From: an uncultured Bacteroidales bacterium
GTDB lineage: Bacteria; Bacteroidota; Bacteroidia; Bacteroidales; UBA932
Assembly (NCBI GenBank): GCA_934725575.1
Contig: CAKVCK010000001.1
Span: 218,808-282,807 of the forward strand
Direction: 5' to 3'
DNA: 64,000 nucleotides
The notes under the pieces were generated by a model that did not search any database, was not told where the DNA came from, and saw only the letters and a list, made by a program, of their open reading frames with translations. The position numbers were made by a program, and so were the translations under genes. Positions 1 to 9,138 of this stretch are shown piece after piece. Position 1 is the stretch's first letter; the number at the start of each line of letters is the position of its first letter.

Positions 1-569
1 AGGATGCTGGACTTGAGCACACGAGCGTTCCTCCAATCCTTGCTGGAAGGCTCCTTGTCCTCCTCCACGGCCGGAGTCGGGTAGTTGTAACCGTTGGCGA
101 ACTGGCTGAGGAACGTGAACTTGGCGGAATAGTTCAAGGTCTTGGTGGCCTTGTAACCCCAAGTGCTTTCGAACAGGATCCTGTCCTTGTTCTTCTGGAT
201 GATCGGCTTGTCGGCGGAATAAAGGAATCCATAGTCCAGCTGGAGACGGTTGTTCCAGTACATCTCGCCTTTCTTCCACTTCGCGTTGCCGTCGATGTAG
301 GCGCTGAGCGCATAGTTGTTGTAACCTCCCTTCGCCCAGTTCGTGAAACTACTCTGGACAAAGTTCAGGTTTGTCATCAACGAGTTGGTCCAATAATTTG
401 GCTTCGGAGCGACGACCTTCGTCTCCTCGGTCTGAGTCAGAAGTCTGGCCGCGGCCGCCGCGGCGGACTGGGTGTTTCTCCTTGTCGTGTCTGTCTGTGC
501 GGACGCCCCTAACGCGACGAGCGCAAGAGCCACAGACAACGCAGTGCGCTTGATTGCTTTCACGTTCAT
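1..569 (-). CDS. Partial CDS; the N-terminus is in the window (ATG at 567-569) and the C-terminus runs off the left edge. Secreted or outer-membrane protein, possibly DUF3078-like beta-barrel.
   Basis: The minus frame reads MNVKAIKRTALSVALALVALGASAQ (signal peptide), then a conserved W/Y/N-rich segment (NYWTNSLMTNLNFVQSSFTNWAKGGYNNYA...WNNRLQLDYGF). It is absent from the ORF track because it is open to the window edge. The DUF3078 assignment is from memory of the motif only. Confidence 0.6.
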   Translation of the reverse strand, partial: MNVKAIKRTALSVALALVALGASAQTDTTRRNTQSAAAAAARLLTQTEETKVVAPKPNYWTNSLMTNLNFVQSSFTNWAKGGYNNYALSAYIDGNAKWKKGEMYWNNRLQLDYGFLYSADKPIIQKNKDRILFESTWGYKATKTLNYSAKFTFLSQFANGYNYPTPAVEEDKEPSSKDWRNARVLKSSI

Positions 570-591
570 AGTCAGATTATTGAATATTCAA

Positions 592-2070
592 TTAATATGA
601 GATGGCAAACACCACTCTCTGCTTCGAAGGCTTGCCGGAGTAGATGTCCTTGCCTTCCTCCTCGCAGACGAAGCTGTCCACAGGGATGCAACGGATCGTG
701 GCCTTTGTCTCGTCCTTGATTTTCTGTTCGGTCTCGGCCGTGCCGTCCCAATGGCAGAGCAGGAACTTGCCTGTGCCGATCTTGGCCTTGAACTCCTCCC
801 AGTCGTCGCACTTCTCAACGTGTGACGCGCGGAAGTCGAACGCCTTCTGGTAAATCGTCTTCTGGATGTCGTCCAGAAGGGCGGCGATCGACTTGTCAAG
901 TCCCTCAAGGGCGACGGTCTGCTTCTCCAGAGTGTCTCTTCTGTGAACCTCGACAGTTCCATTCTCAAGATCGCGAGGCCCCATTGCCAGACGTACAGGG
1001 ACACCCTTGAGTTCCCACTCGGCGAACTTGAATCCCGGACGCAAGGTGTCACGGTCATCAATCTTGACCGTGTGTCCCTCAGCCTCAAGGGCCTTCTTAA
1101 GCTGATCCATCTTGTCCAAGATTCTTGTGTGTTCCTCATCGGTCTTGTAGATCGGAACCATAACGACCTGTATAGGAGCGAGGGCCGGCGGCAGGACAAG
1201 TCCGTTGTCATCGCCGTGAGCCATCACGAGGGCACCCATAAGTCTTGTGGAAACGCCCCAGGATGTGGCCCACACGTACTGCTGCTGGCCTTCCTTATCC
1301 GTATATTTCACATCGAACGACTTGGCGAAGTTCTGGCCGAGGAAATGTGACGTGCCTGCCTGAAGAGCCTTTCCGTCCTGCATCATCGCCTCGATTGTGA
1401 GGGTGTCGAGCGCTCCGGCAAACCTCTCGTTAGGGCTCTTGTGTCCCACGATCACAGGCAGAGCCATAAACTCACGTGCGAACTTCGCGTACACCTGAAC
1501 CATTCTCTGAGCCTCCTCCTGAGCCTCCTGCGAGGTCGCGTGGGCCGTGTGGCCCTCCTGCCAGAGGAACTCGGCGGTGCGGAGGAAAAGCCTTGTGCGC
1601 ATCTCCCAGCGGACAACGTTCGCCCATTGGTTGCACATAATCGGGAGATCCCTCCAGGATGTGATCCAGTTCTTGTATGTGCTCCAGATGATGGTCTCGG
1701 AGGTAGGCCTTACGATAAGCTCTTCCTCAAGCTTGGCGGACGGATCCACGACAACGCCCTTTCCATCAGGATCGTTCATAAGCCTGTGATGTGTGACGAC
1801 GGCACACTCCTTGGCGAATCCGGCCACGTGCTCGGCCTCCTTGCTGAAGAAAGACTTAGGAATGAAAAGCGGGAAATAGGCGTTCACCGCCCCCGTCTCC
1901 TTGAACATCTTGTCCAAGGCCTGCTGCATCTTCTCCCAGATCGCATAGCCATAAGGCTTTATCACCATACATCCCCTGACAGCGGACTGCTCCGCCAAGT
2001 CTGCCTTCACAACCAGATCATTATACCACTGAGAGTAATTCTCAGATCTTTTTGTCACTTCCTTTGCCAT
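592..2070 (-). CDS. proS: Proline--tRNA ligase (archaeal/eukaryote-like type typical of Bacteroidetes)
   Basis: 492 aa. Class II aaRS motifs and typical ProS N- and C-terminal sequence ([20 protein letters not shown]...; C-terminal zinc-binding-like domain). Full-length ORF. Confidence 0.95.
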   Translation of the reverse strand: MAKEVTKRSENYSQWYNDLVVKADLAEQSAVRGCMVIKPYGYAIWEKMQQALDKMFKETGAVNAYFPLFIPKSFFSKEAEHVAGFAKECAVVTHHRLMNDPDGKGVVVDPSAKLEEELIVRPTSETIIWSTYKNWITSWRDLPIMCNQWANVVRWEMRTRLFLRTAEFLWQEGHTAHATSQEAQEEAQRMVQVYAKFAREFMALPVIVGHKSPNERFAGALDTLTIEAMMQDGKALQAGTSHFLGQNFAKSFDVKYTDKEGQQQYVWATSWGVSTRLMGALVMAHGDDNGLVLPPALAPIQVVMVPIYKTDEEHTRILDKMDQLKKALEAEGHTVKIDDRDTLRPGFKFAEWELKGVPVRLAMGPRDLENGTVEVHRRDTLEKQTVALEGLDKSIAALLDDIQKTIYQKAFDFRASHVEKCDDWEEFKAKIGTGKFLLCHWDGTAETEQKIKDETKATIRCIPVDSFVCEEEGKDIYSGKPSKQRVVFAISY

Positions 2071-2218
2071 ATAATATTGTTGTTTTTGTCAAATATTCTT
2101 ATTATTGTGCAATATTCCGAAAGGTATGGATTTTGTTTACAGCAAACAATCGTAGGCCGGCACCTTGGAATACGGCCACGAAGTTACGAATTTATTGTTA
2201 AATATAGGAGATTCAGAA

Positions 2219-3655
2219 ATGAAAACACGCACAATCCTCTTTATCTCGGCGCTTCTGGCACTGACTTCGTGCGGTTCAGCGGCGCGGTTTGCCAGTGATG
2301 CTTCCAGGCAGAAGTATCAGGATGGAATCTACTATACATCCAATGCCAAGGTCCATCAAGCCGAGGAGGCAGCCACCTCCGCAAATGACGAGGAGACCGA
2401 CCTTCTGGTAGCAAAGACAAAGAACTCCCCGATCTTCATGAAGAGCGGAGAGAAGGTTGACACTCTGTTCATCCCTGAGAACAAAGCGGCAAGAATAGAT
2501 TTCAACAACACTGACAACACCACATCCGTTTACCTCTACGACAACGGTTTCGACACCTGGGCCGCCTACCAGCCTTGGTACGCGACGTCATGGTATTCCT
2601 GGAACCGTCCTTTCTACACGTCAATCTATTGGGGCGCGAATCCTTGGTACTATGGTGGTTGGTACTCACCGTGGCACTACGACCCTTGGTATTATGGATA
2701 TTCCTGGAGATGGGGCAGTCCGTGGTATTACAGCGGATGGTACGACCCTTGGTATTGGGATCCTTGGTACTATAGCGGATGGTACGGTGGCTGGTATGGC
2801 GGATGGTACGGCGGATGGCATGATCCGTGGTACTACGGAGGATGGGGCTATGGTCATCATCACCACCACCACGGCCACGACTTCTTCGGTCCTGGCAGCG
2901 GACGGGTTTACACTCCACGTCTTAGCACAACCGGCTCAAGCAGAAGAAGCGGAATCGGGTCCTCTTCAAGGAGCGCCGGAGTGAGAAGTTCCTCAATGAC
3001 CAGATCAAGAAGCGGCGCTGGATCAACAAGATCCTCAATGTCAGCGACTACCACAAGGTCTTCAAGCCTTGGCGGACGCACAAGCGGCACAAGGTCATCA
3101 ATATCCTCGGTCAACAGGCCGGCATCCTCATCCGTAAGATCCTCATCAGCAAGATCATCCTCGGTAAGGTCTTCGTCTGACAGGTCCTCATCCGTCAGGT
3201 CATCGGTCGGCGGCACTGTCAGATCCAGCGGATCATCCTCATTCGGGACCTCTACCGGCTCATCTTCAGTCAGGTCATCCTACGGCAGCAGCCGTTCGTC
3301 ATCCTCTTCATCCTCGACGATGTACTCAAGACCGGCAAGCGGTAGCAGAAGCTCAAGCGGAACGACCTCAGGCGGATTCTCTACAGGATCCAGCAGAAGC
3401 TCTTCAACAGGCAGCTACAGATCTTCGGGATCTTCCTACAGGTCTTCGTCAAGCAATGATTATTCTTCCGGCTCGACGAGAAGCTCAAGCAGCTACTCCA
3501 CAAGCAGGAGTTCAAGTTCATATTCTTCCGGCAGCTCAAGCCGCAGCAGTAGCAGCTATTCCGGCGGCGGGTTCTCCGGTGGCGGATCATCCAGAAGTTC
3601 AGGTGGTTCGTACGGCGGAGGAGGCGGCTCCAGAAGCGGTGGCGGAAGAAGGTAA
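2219..3655 (+). CDS. Surface lipoprotein with an aromatic (Trp/Tyr/Gly) repeat region, a natural His6 run and a long Ser/Arg-rich low-complexity C-terminal tail. Function unknown.
   Basis: Start chosen at the internal Met giving MKTRTILFISALLALTSCGSA (lipobox LTSC). DPWYY/GGWY repeats occur about 10 times, then HHHHHH, then roughly 250 aa of S/R/G-rich sequence. The long continuous frame gives shadow ORFs on the opposite strand. Confidence 0.8.
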   Translation: MKTRTILFISALLALTSCGSAARFASDASRQKYQDGIYYTSNAKVHQAEEAATSANDEETDLLVAKTKNSPIFMKSGEKVDTLFIPENKAARIDFNNTDNTTSVYLYDNGFDTWAAYQPWYATSWYSWNRPFYTSIYWGANPWYYGGWYSPWHYDPWYYGYSWRWGSPWYYSGWYDPWYWDPWYYSGWYGGWYGGWYGGWHDPWYYGGWGYGHHHHHHGHDFFGPGSGRVYTPRLSTTGSSRRSGIGSSSRSAGVRSSSMTRSRSGAGSTRSSMSATTTRSSSLGGRTSGTRSSISSVNRPASSSVRSSSARSSSVRSSSDRSSSVRSSVGGTVRSSGSSSFGTSTGSSSVRSSYGSSRSSSSSSSTMYSRPASGSRSSSGTTSGGFSTGSSRSSSTGSYRSSGSSYRSSSSNDYSSGSTRSSSSYSTSRSSSSYSSGSSSRSSSSYSGGGFSGGGSSRSSGGSYGGGGGSRSGGGRR

Positions 3656-3676
3656 CCATTAAAAACAATTGAAATA

Positions 3677-5407
3677 ATGAGAAAGGCAATATTCACTGCG
3701 CTTTTGTCATTGACCGCGGTAGCGGCCGGGGCGCAGACAATGTATGACGGGCTGACGTTCAGCCAGAACAACTACTACGGAACGGCAAGGTCGATCGGTA
3801 TGGGCAACGCGATGACGGCTGTCGGCGGCGACCTTGGCTCAATCGGAATCAATCCGGCGGGATCGGCCGTGGCGGGGTACTCCCAGTTCACGATCACGCC
3901 GAATCTCACGCTCAGTTCGATGAACTCCTCCTACAGTGCCTACCCTGTCGGAGGAGTTGACAACTTCTCCAATGAGAGACGCGAGAGTCTCACCAGATTC
4001 TCGATGCCGAACATCGGTGCGACATTCAACTGGAAAACCGGCAGCAGGAGCGGCCTGACCGCCATCACTTATGGATTTGTTGTCAACGGGACGAACAATT
4101 TCACCGGCAAGATGATGGCCGGTGGCAGGAACGACAAGACAAGTTACATCAGTTCCATGGCTGTGGCGGCAGAAGGTTATGACATGGATTTCCTTAACGG
4201 ATATTCCATCAACAGCAACAACGAGAGAGTGGACAGAGGTTGGGACTACCCCTACAACTACCCGGATGATTACGCCCATGACCCTAACAAAGGCTCATAC
4301 GCGCCATGGAATGTGATCGCGAACGTCCAGGCAGGAGCGCTTTCCAATTTCGGAGACTCTAACGATCCCGCCTACTACTGGCGCTACATAGGCGCGACTG
4401 AAATCTATGAGCAAACAGGTGAGAAAGATGCCGATGGCAACTACATCTACAACATTTCTCTTCCCGGTGCGTTGGACCAGGCGTACGGCAGGAATGTCAC
4501 CGGAAGCAAATATGACGTGTTGCTCAATGTCGGGTTCAATTTTGGAGAGACGTTCTTCCTCGGAGCGAATCTCGGAATAACCTCCCTCAACTACAACTAT
4601 GATGAATATTTCAAGGAAGCCGCGGAGAACCCGTCGGCATTCGAGATGGACTTCGGAGAGAAAGGCAAGACCTACTTCAGCGACTATCGCACCCGTTACT
4701 CCTACACGGCGGACGGAAGCGGAGTCTACGGCAAGTTCGGATTTCTTTGGAGACCTGTGGACGGGATACGCGTAGGTGGAGCCGTTCAGACACCGACAAT
4801 CATGGAAATCAACGAACGTTGGAGACAAGATGTCAATGTCAACTACACCGACGCCTCATTCAACGGGTCGGCCAAGACGCCTGAGGGGGATTATTCCTAC
4901 AGACTACGCTCGCCTTACAGACTCAACGCCGGAGCCGCGTTCACTTTCGCGGGAATGGCTCTTATAAGCGCGGACTACGAGATGACCGACTACAGCACGA
5001 TGAAGTTCATGAGCAGGGATGGCGGATGGAATGACGACACCTACGGGAAACTGAATGACGAGATCCGCGACCGTATGGGAGTGTCCCACATGGTAAGGGT
5101 CGGGGCGGAGTTCAAACCGATGCCGGAGATAGCCGTCCGCGCGGGCTATAATTTCACCACGACTCCTGAATATGTCTACGAAGGCAACAGCAAGACAACG
5201 CTGAACGACAGAATCAACGCTTTCTCCGTAGGCCTTGGATATTCATCAAACGGATCGTTCTTCGCGGACATCGCGGCAAGGCTGATGACATTGTCTGATG
5301 AATATATCTCACCTTACGCAGACTATCTTGACGATGTGGCATCTCCGATGATCCTCAACAAGAGGGACATCTACAGCGTCACCGCGACGATTGGCTGGCG
5401 ATTCTAA
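3677..5407 (+). CDS. Outer-membrane beta-barrel protein, FadL/OmpP1/TodX-like (PorV-like fold)
   Basis: Signal peptide MRKAIFTALLSLTAVAAGAQ. N-terminal hatch-like motif GTARSIGMGNAMTAVGGDLGSIGINPAGSA matches the FadL-family consensus (G.A...GMGGA..A...D.SA...NPAGLA). C-terminal aromatic ...ATIGWRF. Starts 22 nt after the lipoprotein gene, so probably the same operon. Confidence 0.75.
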   Translation: MRKAIFTALLSLTAVAAGAQTMYDGLTFSQNNYYGTARSIGMGNAMTAVGGDLGSIGINPAGSAVAGYSQFTITPNLTLSSMNSSYSAYPVGGVDNFSNERRESLTRFSMPNIGATFNWKTGSRSGLTAITYGFVVNGTNNFTGKMMAGGRNDKTSYISSMAVAAEGYDMDFLNGYSINSNNERVDRGWDYPYNYPDDYAHDPNKGSYAPWNVIANVQAGALSNFGDSNDPAYYWRYIGATEIYEQTGEKDADGNYIYNISLPGALDQAYGRNVTGSKYDVLLNVGFNFGETFFLGANLGITSLNYNYDEYFKEAAENPSAFEMDFGEKGKTYFSDYRTRYSYTADGSGVYGKFGFLWRPVDGIRVGGAVQTPTIMEINERWRQDVNVNYTDASFNGSAKTPEGDYSYRLRSPYRLNAGAAFTFAGMALISADYEMTDYSTMKFMSRDGGWNDDTYGKLNDEIRDRMGVSHMVRVGAEFKPMPEIAVRAGYNFTTTPEYVYEGNSKTTLNDRINAFSVGLGYSSNGSFFADIAARLMTLSDEYISPYADYLDDVASPMILNKRDIYSVTATIGWRF

Positions 5408-5451
5408 ACTGGGCTCTTCGACCCTTCGACAAGCTCAGGGGCCGAAAAGAT

Positions 5452-6081
5452 CTAAAGATTTTTAAGATAGGAGATTGAATCGGGACCTTCGTTGAAAAGG
5501 AGATCCATGATGGAAAGATTCGGAACGAAACCGTACTTTCGGGCAAAGACCTGGAAGTACGGTTTTTCCAGTTTGAGGTCTCTGAGAATGTTGTCTGGAC
5601 GTTTCGGATGGATCAGTTCCCTATAGTCAATTCCGTACCTACCGGTGTCCATCGGGATCTCACGGGAACGGACGGGAACATATTCATCGGTCATTCTCAA
5701 ATCGGCCGTGATGCCGGTCTTTCGGAGGAAAAACTTGATTATCTGGAGATTCAGGTCGAAGAGGGTCGCTGGACGAGAGTCAAGGATTCCGAACAGTTCG
5801 TCCTTGTAATATTCAAAATAAGCGGAAGATTCGTAAGCTGAGGCGATCGCCCGCTCGGTACGGATCAGCCACGGGGTTGAGTAATCCACCTTGATCTCGG
5901 TGATCGGCAATTCGTGCGTACTGCTTTCGTGAACAATCGGGAAATTAAGACTCTGAGGGCCGTCGGCGGCATAGTAACGGAAGCGGTTCCTCCAGGATTG
6001 CTTCTGATAGTGCTCGCAGGCCTCAAGGTAAACGACAGAAGGCTTCACCCTGTCCGGAGACAAGATGAAGTCTTTAGCCAT
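5452..6081 (-). CDS. WbqC-like family protein (tentative)
   Basis: Start placed at the internal Met (MAKDFILSPDR...) to avoid overlapping lpxA. Sequence is of the WbqC-like type (LNFPIVHESSTHELPITEIKVDYSTPW...). Family assignment from memory and uncertain. Confidence 0.5.
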   Translation of the reverse strand: MAKDFILSPDRVKPSVVYLEACEHYQKQSWRNRFRYYAADGPQSLNFPIVHESSTHELPITEIKVDYSTPWLIRTERAIASAYESSAYFEYYKDELFGILDSRPATLFDLNLQIIKFFLRKTGITADLRMTDEYVPVRSREIPMDTGRYGIDYRELIHPKRPDNILRDLKLEKPYFQVFARKYGFVPNLSIMDLLFNEGPDSISYLKNL

Positions 6082-6148
6082 CAATGCGAAATAGCTGACC
6101 GGCGGGAACCAGGCCACACTCAGCAGCACTGCCGCCTCCTCTTCAGAC

Positions 6149-6961
6149 CTATTCGAATTCTCCCTTCTCGTGGGAGTCGTTTGCCCTGATGATTCCACGC
6201 TTCGAGCTTCTGATGAAATTCAGGATCGTGTCACGCTCCTCGCTCTGAGGGAATCCGGCCTCCACCTTGGCGCAGCCGTCGGTGATGTTGTAGCCGGAGA
6301 AATAGATCGTGTCGTAGATGTCCTTGATGTTGCGGATCACGTCGGAAGAGAATCCGCGGCGGCGGAGTCCGACGATGTTCACGCCTGAATAGCAGATCGG
6401 ATCGCGGCCGCAGAGGACGTAAGGAGGGATATCCTTGTTGATCTTGGACATTCCGCCGACCATCGCGTGACATCCGATCTTGGAGAATTGGTGGGCCTTC
6501 GCCCCGCCACCGACAATTGCCCAGTCATCCACAACGGTCTCTCCGGCGATGCCGACAAAGCTTACAAGGATGCAATGATTGCCGACCACGCAGTCGTGAG
6601 CCACGTGAACGTAGGACATCAGCAGAGTGTTGCTGCCGATCTTCGTCACGCACTTACCGCTGGCCTTGGTGCCACGGTTGATCGTCACACACTCGCGGAT
6701 GGTGACATTGTCGCCAATCTCCACGTATGTGACCTCACCCTCATATTTAAGATCCTGAGGGATGGCGCCTACCACAGCACCTGGGAATACCTGGCAATTC
6801 TTCCCCATCTTGACGTATGAATATATCATCGCATGCGGATGGATCTTGCATCCGTCTCCGATCTCCACGTCATCATCGATGAAGGCGAAAGGACCGATCT
6901 CAATGTTGTCGCCAAGCTTCGCCTTAGGGCTGACTGACGCTAATGGTGAAATTGTGTTCAT
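6149..6961 (-). CDS. lpxA: Acyl-ACP--UDP-N-acetylglucosamine O-acyltransferase
   Basis: 270 aa. Left-handed beta-helix hexapeptide repeats and an LpxA-type C-terminal helical domain. Sits directly downstream of lpxC. Confidence 0.9.
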   Translation of the reverse strand: MNTISPLASVSPKAKLGDNIEIGPFAFIDDDVEIGDGCKIHPHAMIYSYVKMGKNCQVFPGAVVGAIPQDLKYEGEVTYVEIGDNVTIRECVTINRGTKASGKCVTKIGSNTLLMSYVHVAHDCVVGNHCILVSFVGIAGETVVDDWAIVGGGAKAHQFSKIGCHAMVGGMSKINKDIPPYVLCGRDPICYSGVNIVGLRRRGFSSDVIRNIKDIYDTIYFSGYNITDGCAKVEAGFPQSEERDTILNFIRSSKRGIIRANDSHEKGEFE

Positions 6962-6976
6962 ATTCTAAGTGTTTTA

Positions 6977-7891
6977 TCAGCAAGATTTCTCACGGATGGC
7001 CTTGGCTGTCCGTGTGTTGATTGTGTGCCCTGGCTTGAAAGCGGTGACCTTGGCCTTGAGATAACCTCCGGCGAGCCTCAGATCTCCGATCAGATCAAGA
7101 AGCTTATGCCTTCCGCACTCGTTCGGGAAATGGAGCTTGAGGTTGTTGAGGTAACCGTTGTCGTTTATGGCAAGCTCAGGCACGTTGAAAAGCGCGGAGA
7201 GCCTCTCGACCTGCTCCGGCTGGACAGGATGCTCGACGATCACGATGGCGTTGTCCACATCCCCACCCTTGACCAGATTGTTCTGGAACAAGTACTCTAT
7301 CTCGTGGAAGAACACGAAAGTACGGCACGGGCCGATCTCCTTGGCGTAGTCTGTGGTTTCGTCCCAATGCGCGGTCTGGACTCCGAGAACCCTTGATCCG
7401 AAGTCCACCGTGATGTCCATCGACGGGGCGTCGGCCGGAGTGATTCTCACGAACGAGCCTGTCTTCTCGTCACGAATCTCAATCTCCTCAGGGACAGTTA
7501 CATATTTTCTGTCAGCGTTCTGCTCCTTCAGTCCGTCACGCGCGATAGCCTCGACATAGTAGCGGGCGCTGCCGTCCAGGATCGGAACCTCGACATTGTC
7601 TATTTCAACAAGGGCATTATCCACACCCATACCCGTCAGCGCCGACATCAGATGCTCGATCGTGGAGACAGAGGCCTCACCTTTCGAGATCGTTGTGCTA
7701 CGAGCCGTTGACGACACGTTCTCCGCCAAGGCCTCGACAAACGCGCTTTCACCGAGATCCACTCTGTGGAACACTATCCCAGTGTCCTCCGGAGCCGGCT
7801 TGAGAATCATTTTCGAGATTTTGCCTGTATGGAGTCCTTTGCCTTGGAACTCATATTCACCGGCAAGTGTATTTTGCTTATAAGAAGTCAT
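6977..7891 (-). CDS. lpxC: UDP-3-O-acyl-N-acetylglucosamine deacetylase (stand-alone, not fused to FabZ)
   Basis: 304 aa. LpxC signature segments (HTGK..., EHLMSALTGMGVDNA, HELEY-like, GHTINT...). The ORF ends at 6977, 16 nt before lpxA starts, with no FabZ domain attached. Confidence 0.9.
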   Translation of the reverse strand: MTSYKQNTLAGEYEFQGKGLHTGKISKMILKPAPEDTGIVFHRVDLGESAFVEALAENVSSTARSTTISKGEASVSTIEHLMSALTGMGVDNALVEIDNVEVPILDGSARYYVEAIARDGLKEQNADRKYVTVPEEIEIRDEKTGSFVRITPADAPSMDITVDFGSRVLGVQTAHWDETTDYAKEIGPCRTFVFFHEIEYLFQNNLVKGGDVDNAIVIVEHPVQPEQVERLSALFNVPELAINDNGYLNNLKLHFPNECGRHKLLDLIGDLRLAGGYLKAKVTAFKPGHTINTRTAKAIREKSC

Positions 7892-7993
7892 AATCTATCT
7901 TTTGCAGGCTGCGTAAAATACAGCAGTCTGCAAAGATAGCAATGAAATTTTGAATATTCAAGGATTACGCCGCCACTTAGTGGCTATTGGCTA

Positions 7994-8983
7994 CTATTCC
8001 TCGCCTTGACGCTTGAAAACGGCGTAGCTGCGGAGGTAGTTCTTGAGCGGGAGGGCCGGCGAGCCGAGGAACACCTGACCTGACTTACGAATATTTCCGA
8101 TCACGCCACACTGGGCTCCGATGGTCGTGTTGTCGGCGATGTTCAGATGCCCGGCGATGCCGACCTGGCCTGCGAGGATGCAGTTCTTGCCGATCTTCGT
8201 CGAACCGGCGATTCCGCACTGGGCGGCCATCACGGTGTTGTCGCCGATCTGGACATTGTGGGCTATCTGGCAGAGATTGTCGATCTTGACTCCGTTGCCG
8301 ATGATCGTGGACTCCATCTCGGACTTGTCGATGGTCGTCCCGGCCCCGATCTCGACATTGTTGCCGATGACCACATTGCCGATGTGCTCGATCTTCTCCC
8401 AAGTCCCGTCAGGAAGCGGGGCGTTGCCGAATCCGTCCGATCCGATGACAGCGTTGGCGTGGATGATCACATTGTCGCCGATGACCATTCCAGGATAGAT
8501 GACGACTCCCGGATAGATGATGCAGTGCGAACCGATCACGGTGTTGTCGCCGACATAGACATTCTCGTAAATCTTCGTGTAGTCCCCCACCTTGGCGTGA
8601 TGCCCGACGTAGGAATGGCTTCCGAGATAGACCTTCTTGCCGAACTTTGTGGTCAGGAACCAGGACGAGCGGAACCCTCTGTGTCTCTTGTCGGTACGTT
8701 TCTGTGTAGAGACATATTTCAGAAGATCGGCCAACGACTTGTAAGCGTCATCGACACGGACCATCGTGGAGGTAACGGCCTCTTTCGGAGTGAAGTCCTT
8801 GTTGACCAGCAGGACACTTGCCCTGCACGTGTAAACGTATCTCTCGTACTTCGGGTTGGCGAAAAAACACAGCTGCCCGGGTTTTCCGTGCTCGATCTTT
8901 GCGAATGACGTGACTGTCGCCTGAGGGTCACCCTCAACGGTTCCCTTGAGCACCTGAGCCAATTGCTTTGCGGTAAATTCCAT
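7994..8983 (-). CDS. lpxD: UDP-3-O-(3-hydroxyacyl)glucosamine N-acyltransferase
   Basis: Start at [14 protein letters not shown] (typical LpxD N-terminus; the ORF could extend to 9016). Long hexapeptide-repeat beta-helix. Confidence 0.9.
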   Translation of the reverse strand: MEFTAKQLAQVLKGTVEGDPQATVTSFAKIEHGKPGQLCFFANPKYERYVYTCRASVLLVNKDFTPKEAVTSTMVRVDDAYKSLADLLKYVSTQKRTDKRHRGFRSSWFLTTKFGKKVYLGSHSYVGHHAKVGDYTKIYENVYVGDNTVIGSHCIIYPGVVIYPGMVIGDNVIIHANAVIGSDGFGNAPLPDGTWEKIEHIGNVVIGNNVEIGAGTTIDKSEMESTIIGNGVKIDNLCQIAHNVQIGDNTVMAAQCGIAGSTKIGKNCILAGQVGIAGHLNIADNTTIGAQCGVIGNIRKSGQVFLGSPALPLKNYLRSYAVFKRQGEE

Positions 8984-9066
8984 CTTCTTTATGGCGATTA
9001 AATCTACAATTTCCAATTACGGAATGCAAAGAAAGCAATTTATTTTCATATTCACTAAAATATTCT

Positions 9067-9074
9067 TATCTTTG
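9067..9074 (+). promoter_or_regulatory. Candidate Bacteroidetes sigma-A -7 box (TAtcTTTG) for rimP-nusA-infB
   Basis: Exact TAnnTTTG match about 65 nt upstream of the rimP ATG. No clean TTTG -33 element at canonical spacing. Confidence 0.4.
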
Positions 9075-9085
9075 CATCGTTGTGA

Positions 9086-9124
9086 GAGATAGGAGGACGA
9101 AAGCGTCTCCTATCTTTTGTTTTG
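9086..9124 (+). promoter_or_regulatory. Leader stem-loop followed by a T-run; putative transcription attenuator in the rimP-nusA-infB leader
   Basis: gagataggag(g)acg-aaag-cgtctcctatc forms an ~11-bp stem with a 4-nt loop, followed by TTTTGTTTTG. It lies between the candidate promoter and the rimP start. No plus-strand gene ends here. Confidence 0.5.
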
Positions 9125-9138
9125 TAAAACCAGACTTT

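Noticed and set aside
2908-3216. Acidic DEDLTDEDL-repeat ORF (and 3381-3689) on the minus strand
   Set aside because: It is the antisense reading of the SSR/RSS repeat codons of the lipoprotein tail. The plus frame is the long continuous one and carries a bona fide lipoprotein signal.
8147-8908. 253-aa plus-strand ORF inside lpxD (and 8085-8402 -)
   Set aside because: Alternate-frame ORFs typical of GC-rich hexapeptide-repeat genes. lpxD is clearly the real gene.
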